Shown here: positions 10,195 through 21,243 of the stretch, in pieces
Layout of the letters: every line of letters begins with the position of its first letter
Numbering within the stretch: position 1 is the first letter of the stretch
DNA from: Verrucomicrobiota bacterium
GTDB lineage: Bacteria > Verrucomicrobiota > Verrucomicrobiia > Limisphaerales > AAA164-E04
Assembly: GCA_047947115.1 (NCBI GenBank)
Contig: CP170459.1
Span: 1,312,001 to 1,376,000, forward strand
Direction of reading: 5' to 3'
DNA: 64,000 bases
Made by a program: the position numbers and the translations under genes
The notes under the pieces: model-generated
Told to the model about the DNA's origin: nothing
Seen by the model: only the letters and a program-made list of their open reading frames with translations
The model's database searches: none

Positions 10195-12672
10195 ATGCAG
10201 ACCTTAGTTCGAATTTTTGTTGGTTTTACGATTGGCACGCTTCTTGGCGGCTCTGTTGAGTTGCGGGCAGCGGATGCCATTGATTTCAGTCGCGATATTT
10301 CACCCATCTTATCCAAGAAATGTTTTCAATGTCATGGGCCGGATGAGGGGCATCGCAAGGGAGATCTTCGATTGGACAAACCGGATGCACTTGACGGTCC
10401 ATTCGCCGATCATGACGGCTATCAGGCCATCGTTCCGGGTAATTTGGAAAAAAGTGATTTATGGTACCGGGTCACCACGGATGATGAGGATGACCTGATG
10501 CCACCCGAGAAATCCAATCTGGCCGCATTAACCGATAACGAAAAAGCACTGATCAAACAATGGATCGAGGAAGGTGGCAAGTATGACACCTTCTGGGCGT
10601 TTATTCCGCCCACTCGTCGCGATCTGCCTGTGGTGGACTCCGAACGATGGGGGCAGAGCGCGATTGACCGGTTCATCATGGATCGATTGGTTCGGGAGGG
10701 ACTAACTCCCAACCCCAGAGCCGATCGACGCACATTGATTCGTCGATTGAGTCTGGATCTGACCGGATTGCCGCCCACGCGCGAGGAAATCCGGGCCTTC
10801 CTGGAAGATACTTCCGACACTGCCTACGAAGATCTGGTGGATCGCCTGCTTGGAAGTCCGCGCTATGGTGAGCACATGGCCAAGTATTGGTTGGATCTGG
10901 TTCGGTTTGCCGATACGAATGGTTTGCATCACGATCATTATCGCGACATGTCACCTTATCGTGAGTGGGTGATTCGCGCGTTCAACGAGAATCTGGGTTA
11001 TGACGACTTTTCATCCTACCAGATTGCCGGAGATCTTTATGATTCCCCCTCCACTGATCAATTGGTTGCATCGGGTTTCAACCGCCTGCATCTCGTCATC
11101 GATGTAGGAACGGCGTTGCCGGAGGAAAGTTACACCCGCAACGTGATGGATCGGGTCACCGCTTTTGGCACCGCTTTCATGGGCTTGTCGGTTCAGTGTG
11201 CCAGTTGTCATGATCACAAATTTGATCCGGTGACCATGAAGGATTTCTACCAGTTATTCGCTTTTTTCAACAATTTTGATGGAGAACCGGAAACTGGTGG
11301 ACGAAACGGTTTGGATTTCAAACGCGGCTTGCAGAAACCTTACATCGAGTTGCCCTCGCCGCAGCAGTCGGCTCAGTTAGAGGCTTATGATCAAGAAATC
11401 CAATCTGTGGAAAGCAAGATCAAGGACCGGGAAGAAACCCTGGCACAGGCCGCTGAGAAAACTGAACAAGCCAATGAAGAGGGCAAGCCCAAGAAGCAGA
11501 CGGATCCCGACATTGAAACCTGGAAAAAGGAGCTGGATCGGCTGAAAAAGGAGCGCGACGAAGTGCAAATGGCGGTTCCCGCCGCTCTGGTGATGAAGGA
11601 GCGCGAAGAGATTCGTCCGGCATACATGCTCAAACGAGGTAATTACGATCAGTTGGGTGACGTGGTTCAACGGGACACACCCGGTTTTCTCCCACCCATG
11701 AAATCGGGTGCTGAACATAAAACGCGGCGAGACTTGGCGCGTTGGGTGGTTGATCCGTCCAATCCCTTGACCGCTCGCGTGGCTGTGAATCGGTTCTGGC
11801 AGCAGTGTTTCGGGATCGGTTTGGTGAAGACGTCGGAGGATTTTGGTGCACAAGGGGAACGCCCCAGCCATGCGGGTTTGTTGGATTATCTGGCTATGCA
11901 GTTCATCGAATCCGGGTGGGATATCAAACAGTTGATGCGCACTATTGTATTGTCCGAAACCTACCAGCAGTCTTCAGTGATCACACCTGAAAAACGAGCG
12001 AAAGATCCGGAGAACCGGTTGTTGGCACGGGGTGCCCGGTTCCGAATGGATTCGGAAATGATCCGGGATCATGTGTTGATGGTGAGCGGGCTGTTGAATC
12101 TTGAAATCGGCGGCAAGAGCGTCAAACCGCCCCAGCCGGCCAAACTATGGGAGATCGTTGCAATGCCCTATTCCTACCCAAGAGTCTATGAGCCGGATCA
12201 GGGCAAGAAAGCTTATCGGCGTAGTGTTTATACCTTCTGGAAACGTGCCCTGCCTCCTCCCCAGATGAGTATCTTTGATGCGCCCACACGGGAGGCGTGC
12301 ATTGCGAGGCGTGAACGTACGAACACTCCTTTGCAGGCTTTGCTGATGATGAACGAACCGGAGTATTTCCGCGCTGCGGCGGCGACTGCGCGGCAGTTGC
12401 TGAGTCGGAACGGGCTGAGTGATCAGGAGCGTATTCAGGTGGCATACGAATCCATTACATCCCGGCAACCCGGTTCAAGAACGACCGAAACTTTAAAGCA
12501 GGCGCTGGATGGATTCCGGCAGCTTTATGCGCAGGATAACGAGTCGGCTTCGACACTCATTGCTCATTACGTGGGAGATGGAGTCGAGGACGTTCAAGTC
12601 GGAGAATTGGCAGCCTGGACAATGCTGACTCATTCGTTGTTCAACCTCGACATTGTCAAAACACGTCAATAA
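10195..12672 (+). CDS. PSD1/planctomycete cytochrome c protein (DUF1549/DUF1553)
   Basis: [51 protein letters not shown]. Confidence 0.9.
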   Translation: MQTLVRIFVGFTIGTLLGGSVELRAADAIDFSRDISPILSKKCFQCHGPDEGHRKGDLRLDKPDALDGPFADHDGYQAIVPGNLEKSDLWYRVTTDDEDDLMPPEKSNLAALTDNEKALIKQWIEEGGKYDTFWAFIPPTRRDLPVVDSERWGQSAIDRFIMDRLVREGLTPNPRADRRTLIRRLSLDLTGLPPTREEIRAFLEDTSDTAYEDLVDRLLGSPRYGEHMAKYWLDLVRFADTNGLHHDHYRDMSPYREWVIRAFNENLGYDDFSSYQIAGDLYDSPSTDQLVASGFNRLHLVIDVGTALPEESYTRNVMDRVTAFGTAFMGLSVQCASCHDHKFDPVTMKDFYQLFAFFNNFDGEPETGGRNGLDFKRGLQKPYIELPSPQQSAQLEAYDQEIQSVESKIKDREETLAQAAEKTEQANEEGKPKKQTDPDIETWKKELDRLKKERDEVQMAVPAALVMKEREEIRPAYMLKRGNYDQLGDVVQRDTPGFLPPMKSGAEHKTRRDLARWVVDPSNPLTARVAVNRFWQQCFGIGLVKTSEDFGAQGERPSHAGLLDYLAMQFIESGWDIKQLMRTIVLSETYQQSSVITPEKRAKDPENRLLARGARFRMDSEMIRDHVLMVSGLLNLEIGGKSVKPPQPAKLWEIVAMPYSYPRVYEPDQGKKAYRRSVYTFWKRALPPPQMSIFDAPTREACIARRERTNTPLQALLMMNEPEYFRAAAATARQLLSRNGLSDQERIQVAYESITSRQPGSRTTETLKQALDGFRQLYAQDNESASTLIAHYVGDGVEDVQVGELAAWTMLTHSLFNLDIVKTRQ

Positions 12673-12698
12673 GCACTCATCACAATCACAGAACGGTT

Positions 12699-14165
12699 AT
12701 GAATCCTTTGAATCCATTAAGTTCACTGCACCCTGTCCATCAGCTGGAAACCCTGCAGACGCGGCGGCGTTTTTTAAAGTTCTCAGCCATGGGATTGGGG
12801 GCGGCTGTGTTTGGTTCCATGCCAGTGAAAGGTTCCGGTTTGACCACGGTGCGCGGCACCCATTTTACTCCGAAAGCCAAGCGGGTGATCTTTCTTTTCA
12901 TGGCCGGGGCGCCCAGTCAGTTGGATTTGTTCGACTATAAACCGGACCTGCACAAGCAATTCAATCAACCTCTGCCCAAGTCCGTGAGCATGGGGCAGCG
13001 GGTGACTGCCATGACCAAAGGCCGGGATCAGATCGTGGCTCCTTCGATGTTTTCCTTTTCGCCCCGGGGCCAGAACGGGGTGTACATGTCCGAACTGCTG
13101 CCGCATTTGTCCAACGTGGTGGATGATCTCTGCATCATCAAATCCACCCACACCGACGCCATCAACCATGACCCGGCCAAAACCATGTTCTGCACGGGAT
13201 CTCAGATCCCCGGCAAAGCGAGCATGGGATCCTGGTTGAGTTATGGATTGGGCAGTATGAACAAGAATTTGCCTGATTTCATGGTGTTGAATTCCGCGTT
13301 CTGGACGGGGGGCACGGGCAATGTGCAGGCGCTGTACAGTCGTTTGTGGGGTTCGGGATTTCTTCCCTCCAAGCATCAGGGTGTTTCCTTGCAACCCGAG
13401 GGAGATCCGGTGCTTTTCCTTTCAAACCCAAATGGTGTGAATCGCGAAGGGCGCAGGAAGATGCTGGATTTGGTCACTCAACTGAATCAGCAGCACCTTG
13501 AGGAATTGGGGGATCCGGAAATCCAGACCACCATCGCCCAGCAGGAAATGGCCTTTCGCATGCAGGCTTCGGTGCCCGAGCTCACGGATCTTTCAGGGGA
13601 ACCTGATCATATCCTGGATTTGTATGGACCCGAAGTGAAGAAGAGTGGTTCCTTTGCCAGAAATTGTCTTCTGGCCCGTCGTATGATTGAACGTGATGTG
13701 CGCTTTGTACAGTTGTTTCACCGTGGATGGGATCATCATGTTGGTTTGCCCAAAAAAATCCGAGGTCAGGCTTTTGATGTTGACCAGCCTTGTGCAGCCT
13801 TGATTACCGACCTTAAAAACCGGGGGCTTCTCGACGAAACATTGATTGTATTCGGCGGCGAATTCGGTCGCACAACATTTGGTCAGGGAAATATCCAGCG
13901 AGACAATTACGGGCGCGATCATCATCCAAGATGTTTTACCACTTGGATGGCAGGTGGCGGCATCAAAGGCGGCATGACATACGGACAAACAGACGATTTC
14001 AGTTACAATATCGTCGAGAATCCGGTGCATGTGAATGATTTCAATGCGACGGTTCTGAACCAATTGGGTATCGATCACCAAAAACTGACCTTCCCGTTCC
14101 TTGGTCTCGAACAACGACTCACCGGCGTCACCGGAGCCAAGGTGGTGAAAGACATTATCGCGTGA
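12699..14165 (+). CDS. DUF1501 domain protein (Tat signal)
   Basis: [46 protein letters not shown]. Confidence 0.9.
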   Translation: MNPLNPLSSLHPVHQLETLQTRRRFLKFSAMGLGAAVFGSMPVKGSGLTTVRGTHFTPKAKRVIFLFMAGAPSQLDLFDYKPDLHKQFNQPLPKSVSMGQRVTAMTKGRDQIVAPSMFSFSPRGQNGVYMSELLPHLSNVVDDLCIIKSTHTDAINHDPAKTMFCTGSQIPGKASMGSWLSYGLGSMNKNLPDFMVLNSAFWTGGTGNVQALYSRLWGSGFLPSKHQGVSLQPEGDPVLFLSNPNGVNREGRRKMLDLVTQLNQQHLEELGDPEIQTTIAQQEMAFRMQASVPELTDLSGEPDHILDLYGPEVKKSGSFARNCLLARRMIERDVRFVQLFHRGWDHHVGLPKKIRGQAFDVDQPCAALITDLKNRGLLDETLIVFGGEFGRTTFGQGNIQRDNYGRDHHPRCFTTWMAGGGIKGGMTYGQTDDFSYNIVENPVHVNDFNATVLNQLGIDHQKLTFPFLGLEQRLTGVTGAKVVKDIIA

Positions 14166-14172
14166 TTCAACG

Positions 14173-16815
14173 TCACGGTTCATCCGAACGATGTTGTCGG
14201 ATAAAAGCGACAATGTTGGCCACTTCTTTCGGTGTCAGTAGCTCACCAAATTGAGCAGGCATGATGGATACTTTGTGGGATCGGATGCGGTCGATGCGGT
14301 TTCGGAGGAAGGTGAGTTCCTGGCCGCCAGGGAAGCGCAGGGTGACGCTGGTCGGGGATTCGGATGCCATGAGGCCTTGGGCATCCGTCCCTCGGCGCAT
14401 CTCAAGTTGAATGGTTTCGAATCCTTCGGTGATCGTCTCGTTAGGAAACAGGATGTCGCGCACGATGGTTTCCGGGGCGCGTTGAAATTCTGAATCCAGA
14501 TTCGGTCCGGCCAGCTTGCCGAGTCCGCCCGCCTGATGACAGGAAGAGCAGTGTTCAGTGAACAGCTCACGCCCTTGTTCCATGTCGGTATCATTTTCCA
14601 ATGCTTTGAGGTAATCGGGGAGTTTTGATTCCAGTTTTTTCAGGGTTGCTTCATCAGGGAGTTCTGGAGCTTCCAATGCGATGCGTTCGAGTGTTTCTTG
14701 CGCGTCCACGAGGGCGGATTCAAGGATGCGGGTGTAGGTTTCGCGATGGGGTGGTTTGGCAAGGAATTTGACTGACGCCTGCGCCTTTTGAATTTGAATG
14801 CGGTTTCCTCGTGTCGCAATGGCTGCAACGAGCTGTTCCGCCAATGATTCGTTTGGCTTGCGGTGATGAAGGATTCGACCCAACAAGGCTTCCTCTCGTT
14901 GATAAACCGAACTCCCGATGGCGGTGTCCATCCAGCGAATGTCACTGTGTTGCTCGGCCAGATAAGCCAACGCATTGAGTGCTCCTTCGGTTGGGTAGCT
15001 GCCGAGACTCAGCGCAATCTGGAGGAGCAGACGTGGTTTTTGTCCGTAATGAACGATGTCCGATAGCCATTCTGCTGTTTCGATGGATCCGGTACTGTCT
15101 GGAGGCAATGCATCTCCGATGCGCAGGGCATGGCGTTTGACAGACCAGTGTTTGTGATTGAGCGCTCGTTTCAGAACACCGGTGTTCAGCGCGTTCAAGC
15201 CTTCCAATGTGTAAAGTGCATTGATGGCTGCTTCGGGTGCTGTGTCGGGATTCAGGTGTTCGATCAATGCTGAGTGTATTTGATCAGTCATTCGTTCGAT
15301 CAACAATCTGCGTGCGGTTTCTCGTCGCCAGGCATGTGGACTGCCGACTTCATTCGCCAGTTGGGCATCGAACAGATGCGACATTTTTGTTGACGGCGCT
15401 TTGGGGGCGCTCTGGTGGGTCAGTCGCCAGATTCGACCGTGGTGCATGCCGTTGGTCAATCCGTAGAGTTGCTGGAGGTAACGGGGGATGGCCGAGTAGT
15501 CCTCAATGATTTCTCGATAAAAATCGGTGATGTACATCGCACCATCAGGCCCATGACTCAGGTTCATGGGATGGAACCAGGTGTCCGAGGAGGCGAGAAA
15601 TTCCTGTTCAGATTCATTCTCCCCTCGGCGAAGGTGGAGTTCTGGGCCAACCCACTGTGGGACCGAGTGATGGATGAGGTTTTGTGCCGGTTCACAGGAG
15701 AAATTATGCCCACGGTAACTTTCAGGAAAAGCGATGTCGCGGTAGATGAAGGGCGAGCAAGCGGAGGTGAGATATCCGTTAGGGATCGATTCCGCCTTGC
15801 CATAGTGATCGGTGTAATATTTTGAAAAACCAGGATCATTGTAGCGGCGTGTGCGCCATGGGTGCGGGTTGGATGCGGGATAAGTGATTTGGTAGTTTGC
15901 GGCGTTGCGTTCGGTGGAGGGAGTGGGGAGTTCGAGATTGCGAGCCAGATAACGCCAGGGAAGGGGAATCACCTGGTAGCCCGGTGTCCCGGTGCTGATG
16001 GTGAGCCGATCGCCTTCGGCGGTGAAAGTGTGGCCGAACGTGCCGGTCGAGCCAAGGACAGGTTCAATGGCAGAGCCGTCTGCTTTGATACGGAAGTCCG
16101 TTCGCCCCAGTGCGACAGGTGCTTTCAGGTAGGGGCCGGTGATGGCGTCGGATTGACCGTTGGCACCGATGTAGATCCAGTTGTCGAGTCCCCATTGCGG
16201 GGCGTTTATGCGTCGTTCCAATACGCCCGTTCGGAAACCTGTGAACAGGCGTTCCCTCACATCGGCTACCCCGTCGTTGTCGAGATCCGCGAGGTAATAG
16301 ATGTCCGGAGCGCAGATGACGATGATGCCTTCCCGTGCCGCCACCATGCCGAAACAGGGTGGTAGGCCTGAAGCAAACAACGTGGCATGATCCATTCGCC
16401 CGTCGCCATCGGTGTCGGAAAGTTGTTTGATGCGCCCGAAGGTTTCGAGTTCGGCGCGGTTCTTGGCTTCGACGTCGGCTTGGATGCGTCGGACGATTCG
16501 GTCCAGTTTGCCGGTTTTGTTCAAGGCATCGATGTCATATTGGCCTTCCAGATTGTAGCCGTGAAGTTCACTGACATAAAGGTTGCCGTGCTCATCCCAG
16601 CATAGGCCAGAGGGTTCCTCGATCAGGGGTTCCGATGCGACCAGTTCCATTTGGAAACCTTGTGGGAGTTTGAAGGAATGGATGGCTTCGTCGGGTGACA
16701 TTGGCCTGGGGCCGTCCGTGGCGGGTTCGATCTGGGCGAATCCGTTGAGAACCAAAATGAACATCCATCCCGCGAACACCATGTCGCGTAGGATAACTGA
16801 GGCAAGGAAATGCAT
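14173..16815 (-). CDS. PVC-type heme-binding (CxxCH) membrane-bound dehydrogenase-domain protein
   Basis: ELVASEPLIEEP, DTDGDG, GPDGAMYITDFYREIIE, C-terminal CSSCH and SIMP. Confidence 0.85.
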   Translation of the reverse strand: MHFLASVILRDMVFAGWMFILVLNGFAQIEPATDGPRPMSPDEAIHSFKLPQGFQMELVASEPLIEEPSGLCWDEHGNLYVSELHGYNLEGQYDIDALNKTGKLDRIVRRIQADVEAKNRAELETFGRIKQLSDTDGDGRMDHATLFASGLPPCFGMVAAREGIIVICAPDIYYLADLDNDGVADVRERLFTGFRTGVLERRINAPQWGLDNWIYIGANGQSDAITGPYLKAPVALGRTDFRIKADGSAIEPVLGSTGTFGHTFTAEGDRLTISTGTPGYQVIPLPWRYLARNLELPTPSTERNAANYQITYPASNPHPWRTRRYNDPGFSKYYTDHYGKAESIPNGYLTSACSPFIYRDIAFPESYRGHNFSCEPAQNLIHHSVPQWVGPELHLRRGENESEQEFLASSDTWFHPMNLSHGPDGAMYITDFYREIIEDYSAIPRYLQQLYGLTNGMHHGRIWRLTHQSAPKAPSTKMSHLFDAQLANEVGSPHAWRRETARRLLIERMTDQIHSALIEHLNPDTAPEAAINALYTLEGLNALNTGVLKRALNHKHWSVKRHALRIGDALPPDSTGSIETAEWLSDIVHYGQKPRLLLQIALSLGSYPTEGALNALAYLAEQHSDIRWMDTAIGSSVYQREEALLGRILHHRKPNESLAEQLVAAIATRGNRIQIQKAQASVKFLAKPPHRETYTRILESALVDAQETLERIALEAPELPDEATLKKLESKLPDYLKALENDTDMEQGRELFTEHCSSCHQAGGLGKLAGPNLDSEFQRAPETIVRDILFPNETITEGFETIQLEMRRGTDAQGLMASESPTSVTLRFPGGQELTFLRNRIDRIRSHKVSIMPAQFGELLTPKEVANIVAFIRQHRSDEP

Positions 16816-17152
16816 GTGGGAAGGCTATCCTTCCCAGGGCGGGTGGGCAAGCATGGTCTGGTTGCGATGGGTTCTTAAGAGGGATGCACGGGATGTGTTG
16901 GATCGTTCTATGCTTTGGGGAGTTGTGCTGTTTCCAATGTGACATGATGGTCGTTCGGATGTCATCAGGCTTGCGACGGGTTCAAGCCGGAGCTTCCCTT
17001 TGCGAAGGTTTTGGCGGGTGCGTTCCTGCTTAAACTTCCTGGCCTAGAATAAATAACAAACCAGCAGGTTTTACTTGGCCCGTTTTAAACATATCCTCAA
17101 AACTGGTTTGTGTTTCGGACCGTTATCGCTATGATGCGCGCCGGATATCGAT

Positions 17153-17533
17153 ATGGAAAAAAAGACTTTTTCACCGGATTGTTCGCCCAAGGCGATCGGA
17201 CCTTATAACCACGGATCACGGATTGGTGACTTACTGTTTACTGCGGGCCAGATCCCATTGGATCCGGCCACGACCAAAATTGTTGAAGGCGACATTCAGG
17301 CCCAGGCAACACGAGTGCTCGAAAACCTCAAGCTTCTGGTAGAAAGCGAAGGCCTGACATTGGCCAATGTCGTCAAGACTACCATTTTTATGGTGGATCT
17401 CGCCGAGTTTGCCCAGGTCAACGAGGTTTACGCCCGATTTTTCACGGAGAATTTTCCGGCCAGATCAACCATTCAGGTGGCCGCTCTCCCCATGGGTGCC
17501 CGGGTGGAAATCGAAGCCATTGCGCATTACTAA
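17153..17533 (+). CDS. ridA: RidA family reactive intermediate deaminase
   Basis: PKAIGPYNHG, AGQIPLDP, PARSTIQVAALP..ARVEIEAIA. Confidence 0.9.
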   Translation: MEKKTFSPDCSPKAIGPYNHGSRIGDLLFTAGQIPLDPATTKIVEGDIQAQATRVLENLKLLVESEGLTLANVVKTTIFMVDLAEFAQVNEVYARFFTENFPARSTIQVAALPMGARVEIEAIAHY

Positions 17534-17536
17534 ACC

Positions 17537-18910
17537 ATGCCAGAGTGGGCGTATTTGTTGATTGGACTGGGTTCCGGCGGATTGATTGGTTGGCTCTTTT
17601 CCTGGTGGTTGAATGCCTCGCGCCAAAACGAGGTTGCTTTGCGCCTGGAACAGGAACTGCGCGGTCAGCTGGAACAGCAGGAAGCCGAGATCAAATCGCT
17701 GCGCCAGGATCTTGAATCCCAGCGCACCGCCAAATCCACCGCCGAAGCCCGACTGGAATCCGCCGAAAAGTTTCAGGCAGAACAAAACCGGCTGCACGAG
17801 CAGAGTTTTCAACGCCTGAAGGAGGAACACGCGAAATCCCTCCAGGACCTGAAGGAATCCTTCAAAGCCTTGAGTTCCGACGCATTGAAGGAAACGCATC
17901 CTGTCTTTCTTCAACTTGCCAAGGAAACATTTGCGACTTTTCAGGAATCAGCCAAAGGAGATCTGTCCAAACGACAGGAATCGGTCGCTGCCCTGGTCAA
18001 ACCGCTTGAAGAGCAACTGAAGGTTTACCGCCAACAACTCAACGAAAGCGAACAATCACGTACCAAAACCTTCGGTGAACTCAAGCAACACCTGGAATCC
18101 CTGACCACCCAAAGCCAGAGCTTGTCCCAGGAAACATTGCAACTCCGACGCATTCTCAGTTCCAATCAGGCGCGCGGACGTTGGGGTGAGGAAACCTTGC
18201 GACGTGTGGTCGAAGCTGCCGGCATGAGCGCACACTGCGATTTCCAGGAGCAGGTTCAATCCGGCGATGCCAAACCAGACATGATCGTTCGCCTGCCGGG
18301 TGATCGCGTGATCGTGGTGGATGCCAAAGTCCCGGAGCTTGAGTTTGTCGGACAAATGGACGAGGCAGATCCGGTCAAGCGCTCCCAAATGCTCGCCAAC
18401 CACGCCTCCAAACTGCGGTTGACGATTCGTGATCTGGCGGGTCGGGATTATCCGGCACAATTCCCCAACGCATTGGATTTCGTTGTCTTGTTCCTGCCTG
18501 CTGAATCCCTGTTCAGCGCCGCCCTGGAGGCCGATCAGGAAATGATCGTCTGGGCCGCCGAGCGGAAAATTCTTCTGGCCACACCTGCATCGTTGATCGC
18601 GTTGCTTCGGTCGGTCAGCGTCAGTTGGAAACAACATGCCCAAACCGAAAACGCACGTGCCATCGCACAAGCCGCCGAAGAACTTTACAAACGCATCAGC
18701 GTTTTCGTGGATCACCTTGACAAAATCCGCGCCGGACTCGACACCGCAAGCAACGCCTACAACAAAGCCGTGGGAAGCTATGAACGATCGATTCGACCTA
18801 GCGGCGAACGCATTCTCAAACTGGCCAATCACGCCGAACAGGAGATGAAGGACCTCCCACCCTCTACCCAGGTCCTTAGGGATGCTCCCAAACCCAACCC
18901 TGAAGCATGA
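17537..18910 (+). CDS. rmuC: DNA recombination protein RmuC
   Basis: N-terminal TM plus coiled coil; RGRWGEETL, PDMIVRLPG..IVVDAK, DFVVLFLPAES, ATPASLIALL. Confidence 0.9.
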   Translation: MPEWAYLLIGLGSGGLIGWLFSWWLNASRQNEVALRLEQELRGQLEQQEAEIKSLRQDLESQRTAKSTAEARLESAEKFQAEQNRLHEQSFQRLKEEHAKSLQDLKESFKALSSDALKETHPVFLQLAKETFATFQESAKGDLSKRQESVAALVKPLEEQLKVYRQQLNESEQSRTKTFGELKQHLESLTTQSQSLSQETLQLRRILSSNQARGRWGEETLRRVVEAAGMSAHCDFQEQVQSGDAKPDMIVRLPGDRVIVVDAKVPELEFVGQMDEADPVKRSQMLANHASKLRLTIRDLAGRDYPAQFPNALDFVVLFLPAESLFSAALEADQEMIVWAAERKILLATPASLIALLRSVSVSWKQHAQTENARAIAQAAEELYKRISVFVDHLDKIRAGLDTASNAYNKAVGSYERSIRPSGERILKLANHAEQEMKDLPPSTQVLRDAPKPNPEA

Positions 18911-19686
18911 ACAGTTGGGACCAACGATTTGGCGGAATCGAACGCTTGTACGGTAAAGAAGCGTGTCAGCGTATCCGTGAAGCCCGCATCTGCATCATTG
19001 GTATCGGTGGCGTTGGTTCCTGGACCGTGGAAGCGCTGGCTCGCACGGGGATTGGTCACTTGACTCTGGTCGATATGGACGAAGTCTGCGTGACCAACGT
19101 CAACCGACAGGTACCTGCCGTCGATGGTGAAATGGGACACCTCAAAGTCGAAGCCATGGCACGCCGCATCCAGATCATCCACCCTGAATGCAAGGTGACC
19201 ACCAAGCCGATGTTCTACACCCAATCCACCTCGGATGTGATTCTCTCGGAGGATTACGATGTTGTTGTGGATGCCATTGATCGTTTGAACGCCAAATGTC
19301 ACCTCCTTAGCACCGCGCGCCAGAAGAAGTTGCCCATTGTGACAACAGGAGCGGCCGGCGGACGTCTGGACCCCTTCAAGATCCAGACCGCCGACCTCAG
19401 CAAAGCCCACCACGATCGGCTTCTGCAAAAAGTACGTAAACAGCTCAGAACCGAACACGGATTCCCGGCCAACAAACCTTTCGGCATCCCCTGCGTCTTC
19501 TCACCCGAACCCGCGAAAGGCCCCTGGGACCTGGAACAAAGCTGTGAAACAAGCGAATCCAATCAAGTATCAGGCAGACTGGGTTGCGCCGACGGTTACG
19601 GCAGCATCACCCACATCACCGGCACCTTCGGCTTCGCAACCGCCGCCCTGGCGGTTCAAATGGTGATCGAGCCAGACCCAGAGTAG
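18907..19686 (+). CDS. tcdA: tRNA threonylcarbamoyladenosine dehydratase (ThiF family)
   Basis: RFGGIERLYG, IGIGGVGSW.VEALARTG, TNVNRQ, GAAGGRLDP, CVFSPE. Confidence 0.88.
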   Translation: MNSWDQRFGGIERLYGKEACQRIREARICIIGIGGVGSWTVEALARTGIGHLTLVDMDEVCVTNVNRQVPAVDGEMGHLKVEAMARRIQIIHPECKVTTKPMFYTQSTSDVILSEDYDVVVDAIDRLNAKCHLLSTARQKKLPIVTTGAAGGRLDPFKIQTADLSKAHHDRLLQKVRKQLRTEHGFPANKPFGIPCVFSPEPAKGPWDLEQSCETSESNQVSGRLGCADGYGSITHITGTFGFATAALAVQMVIEPDPE

Positions 19687-20033
19687 AATTCTGAGGTCGG
19701 AAGATGGAGATCCGGTTGGCAACCATCCATATGATAAGGACGCATAGATCAGTAGCGTTTGCTCGTTTATCGGAATGGTAGACGTTTGAGCACTCTGGAG
19801 TGCGGTGAGTCATCACCGCTCTGGATACTCCAGGGAAACGTCATAGTTCCCTGATTATATATACCAACACCACCACCCGGCTTCTGACAGAATCCATTTG
19901 AGTGAATGTTTACCCCCATGGAATTTAAGCACTACCTGGGTATGGGGATCGTATCCAAAGCGGTGATGCTCACCTCACTCCAAAAAACGATCGCGTTAAG
20001 TCACGTTTTGCGGAAAGGCATGAGGTTTGCTGT

Positions 20034-20372
20034 ATGACCTCGCTCATCTGCAAAGCTCCACATTCAAAGAGCAGAAAAGGTCTCTACCATGCTCCAGGCA
20101 TGACTGAGCTCATCCCATACTTGCGACTTCAAAACAAGCGCAAATTGGTGGCCTTCATGCGTTCGATTTACAATTATCAGATGCGTATTGATTGGAGTGA
20201 AATCATCGAATTTCAAACAGGGTGTTTAAGAAAGGGCATCAAAGGCATGGGTGTTCCCGATTTACTGATAGCTCAAAACGCCATTCAAAATCAGTGTGAA
20301 GTGTTTTCTTTGGATCAGCATTTTAATTTGATGAAAGATTCCTTAAAGCTGAGAATATGGAATTCCTTGTGA
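20034..20372 (+). pseudogene. PIN-domain (VapC-like) toxin fragment, N-terminus apparently missing
   Basis: C-terminal GVPDLLIAQNAIQNQCEVFSLDQHF is PIN-like; no N-terminal DT(S/N) motif is visible. Confidence 0.55.
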
Positions 20373-20599
20373 GCGTATCGACGTGTTTTTTGTAAGCAAT
20401 GCCAAATAAATTTGGAACAAATTTTGTGACGGCGTTGTTTGCATTTTTGAATCTCCTTTTGGTCGGGTTTTGTTTGTCTTGGTGATCATCGTTTCTGCTG
20501 GCTGCATTCATTTGGTTTCCAAAGAAAGCAAGGATGATGGAGTCTCATCATGGTGATTGCTTTTATGGAATTTGTTGGTAGGTTTCCCGCTCGGAGGAA

Positions 20600-21172
20600 A
20601 TGATCATGAAACCAAGCAAATTGATTCTGAACGCCACGATCGCTGCATTGTTGGCCGTATGGACCTTCGGGTCTCAAACTGTAACTGCCGGGGAATTAGT
20701 TCCTTACAAAAGCAAAGGTGTCGCGGGACTGATCGATTTTCCCGATCTGCTGACCATCGCATGCAACCCGGCAGCTGTAAAGGAGGCACTGGATGGTCAA
20801 ACCTTTGACGCACTGGATGCCGGTACAGCCACCCATCTGGGTAAGTATGCTTCGACCATAGAATTGAGCGCTACCCCGATATTCGAGAGTGTGGAAGTCT
20901 TTCCGGGATTCTTTTTGGACTGCTTAGTCGCGCTCAGCTTTAATGGACCGACCGTCATCGAGGCTGCCAACGGTGATACCGTAAACTCTTCCCTGATTGT
21001 TACCTTGAATCTGGTGACCAATGAAATCGGGGGAAGTTATACCGTTTTGGGAGGTTCCGGACGATGGGAGGGAGCGACAGGGGAAGGTGAGGTTGTCGGG
21101 CAGCTTAATGAGGACGGTAGCTTTTCCTATGAAACCAACGGGGATATTTCCCGTCCAATTTCCAGGAAATAG
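20600..21172 (+). CDS. Hypothetical secreted beta-rich protein
   Basis: Signal-peptide-like N-terminus; THLGKY, AANGD, GGSGRWEGATG; RBS GGAGG upstream. Confidence 0.7.
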   Translation: MIMKPSKLILNATIAALLAVWTFGSQTVTAGELVPYKSKGVAGLIDFPDLLTIACNPAAVKEALDGQTFDALDAGTATHLGKYASTIELSATPIFESVEVFPGFFLDCLVALSFNGPTVIEAANGDTVNSSLIVTLNLVTNEIGGSYTVLGGSGRWEGATGEGEVVGQLNEDGSFSYETNGDISRPISRK

Positions 21173-21198
21173 ATCAAAGCACTCATATTGTGATTTTC

Positions 21199-21224
21199 AA
21201 GGCAGCTTTCTGGCTGCCTTTTTT
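21199..21224 (+). terminator. Intrinsic terminator
   Basis: AAGGCAGC-TTTCTG-GCTGCCTT followed by a T run. Confidence 0.65.
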
Positions 21225-21243
21225 GTTTCATGCTGAGGGATGA

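Noticed and set aside
17057..17111. Inverted repeat ACAAACCAG...CTGGTTTGT upstream of ridA
   Set aside because: Single copy with a long loop; not enough support for a function.
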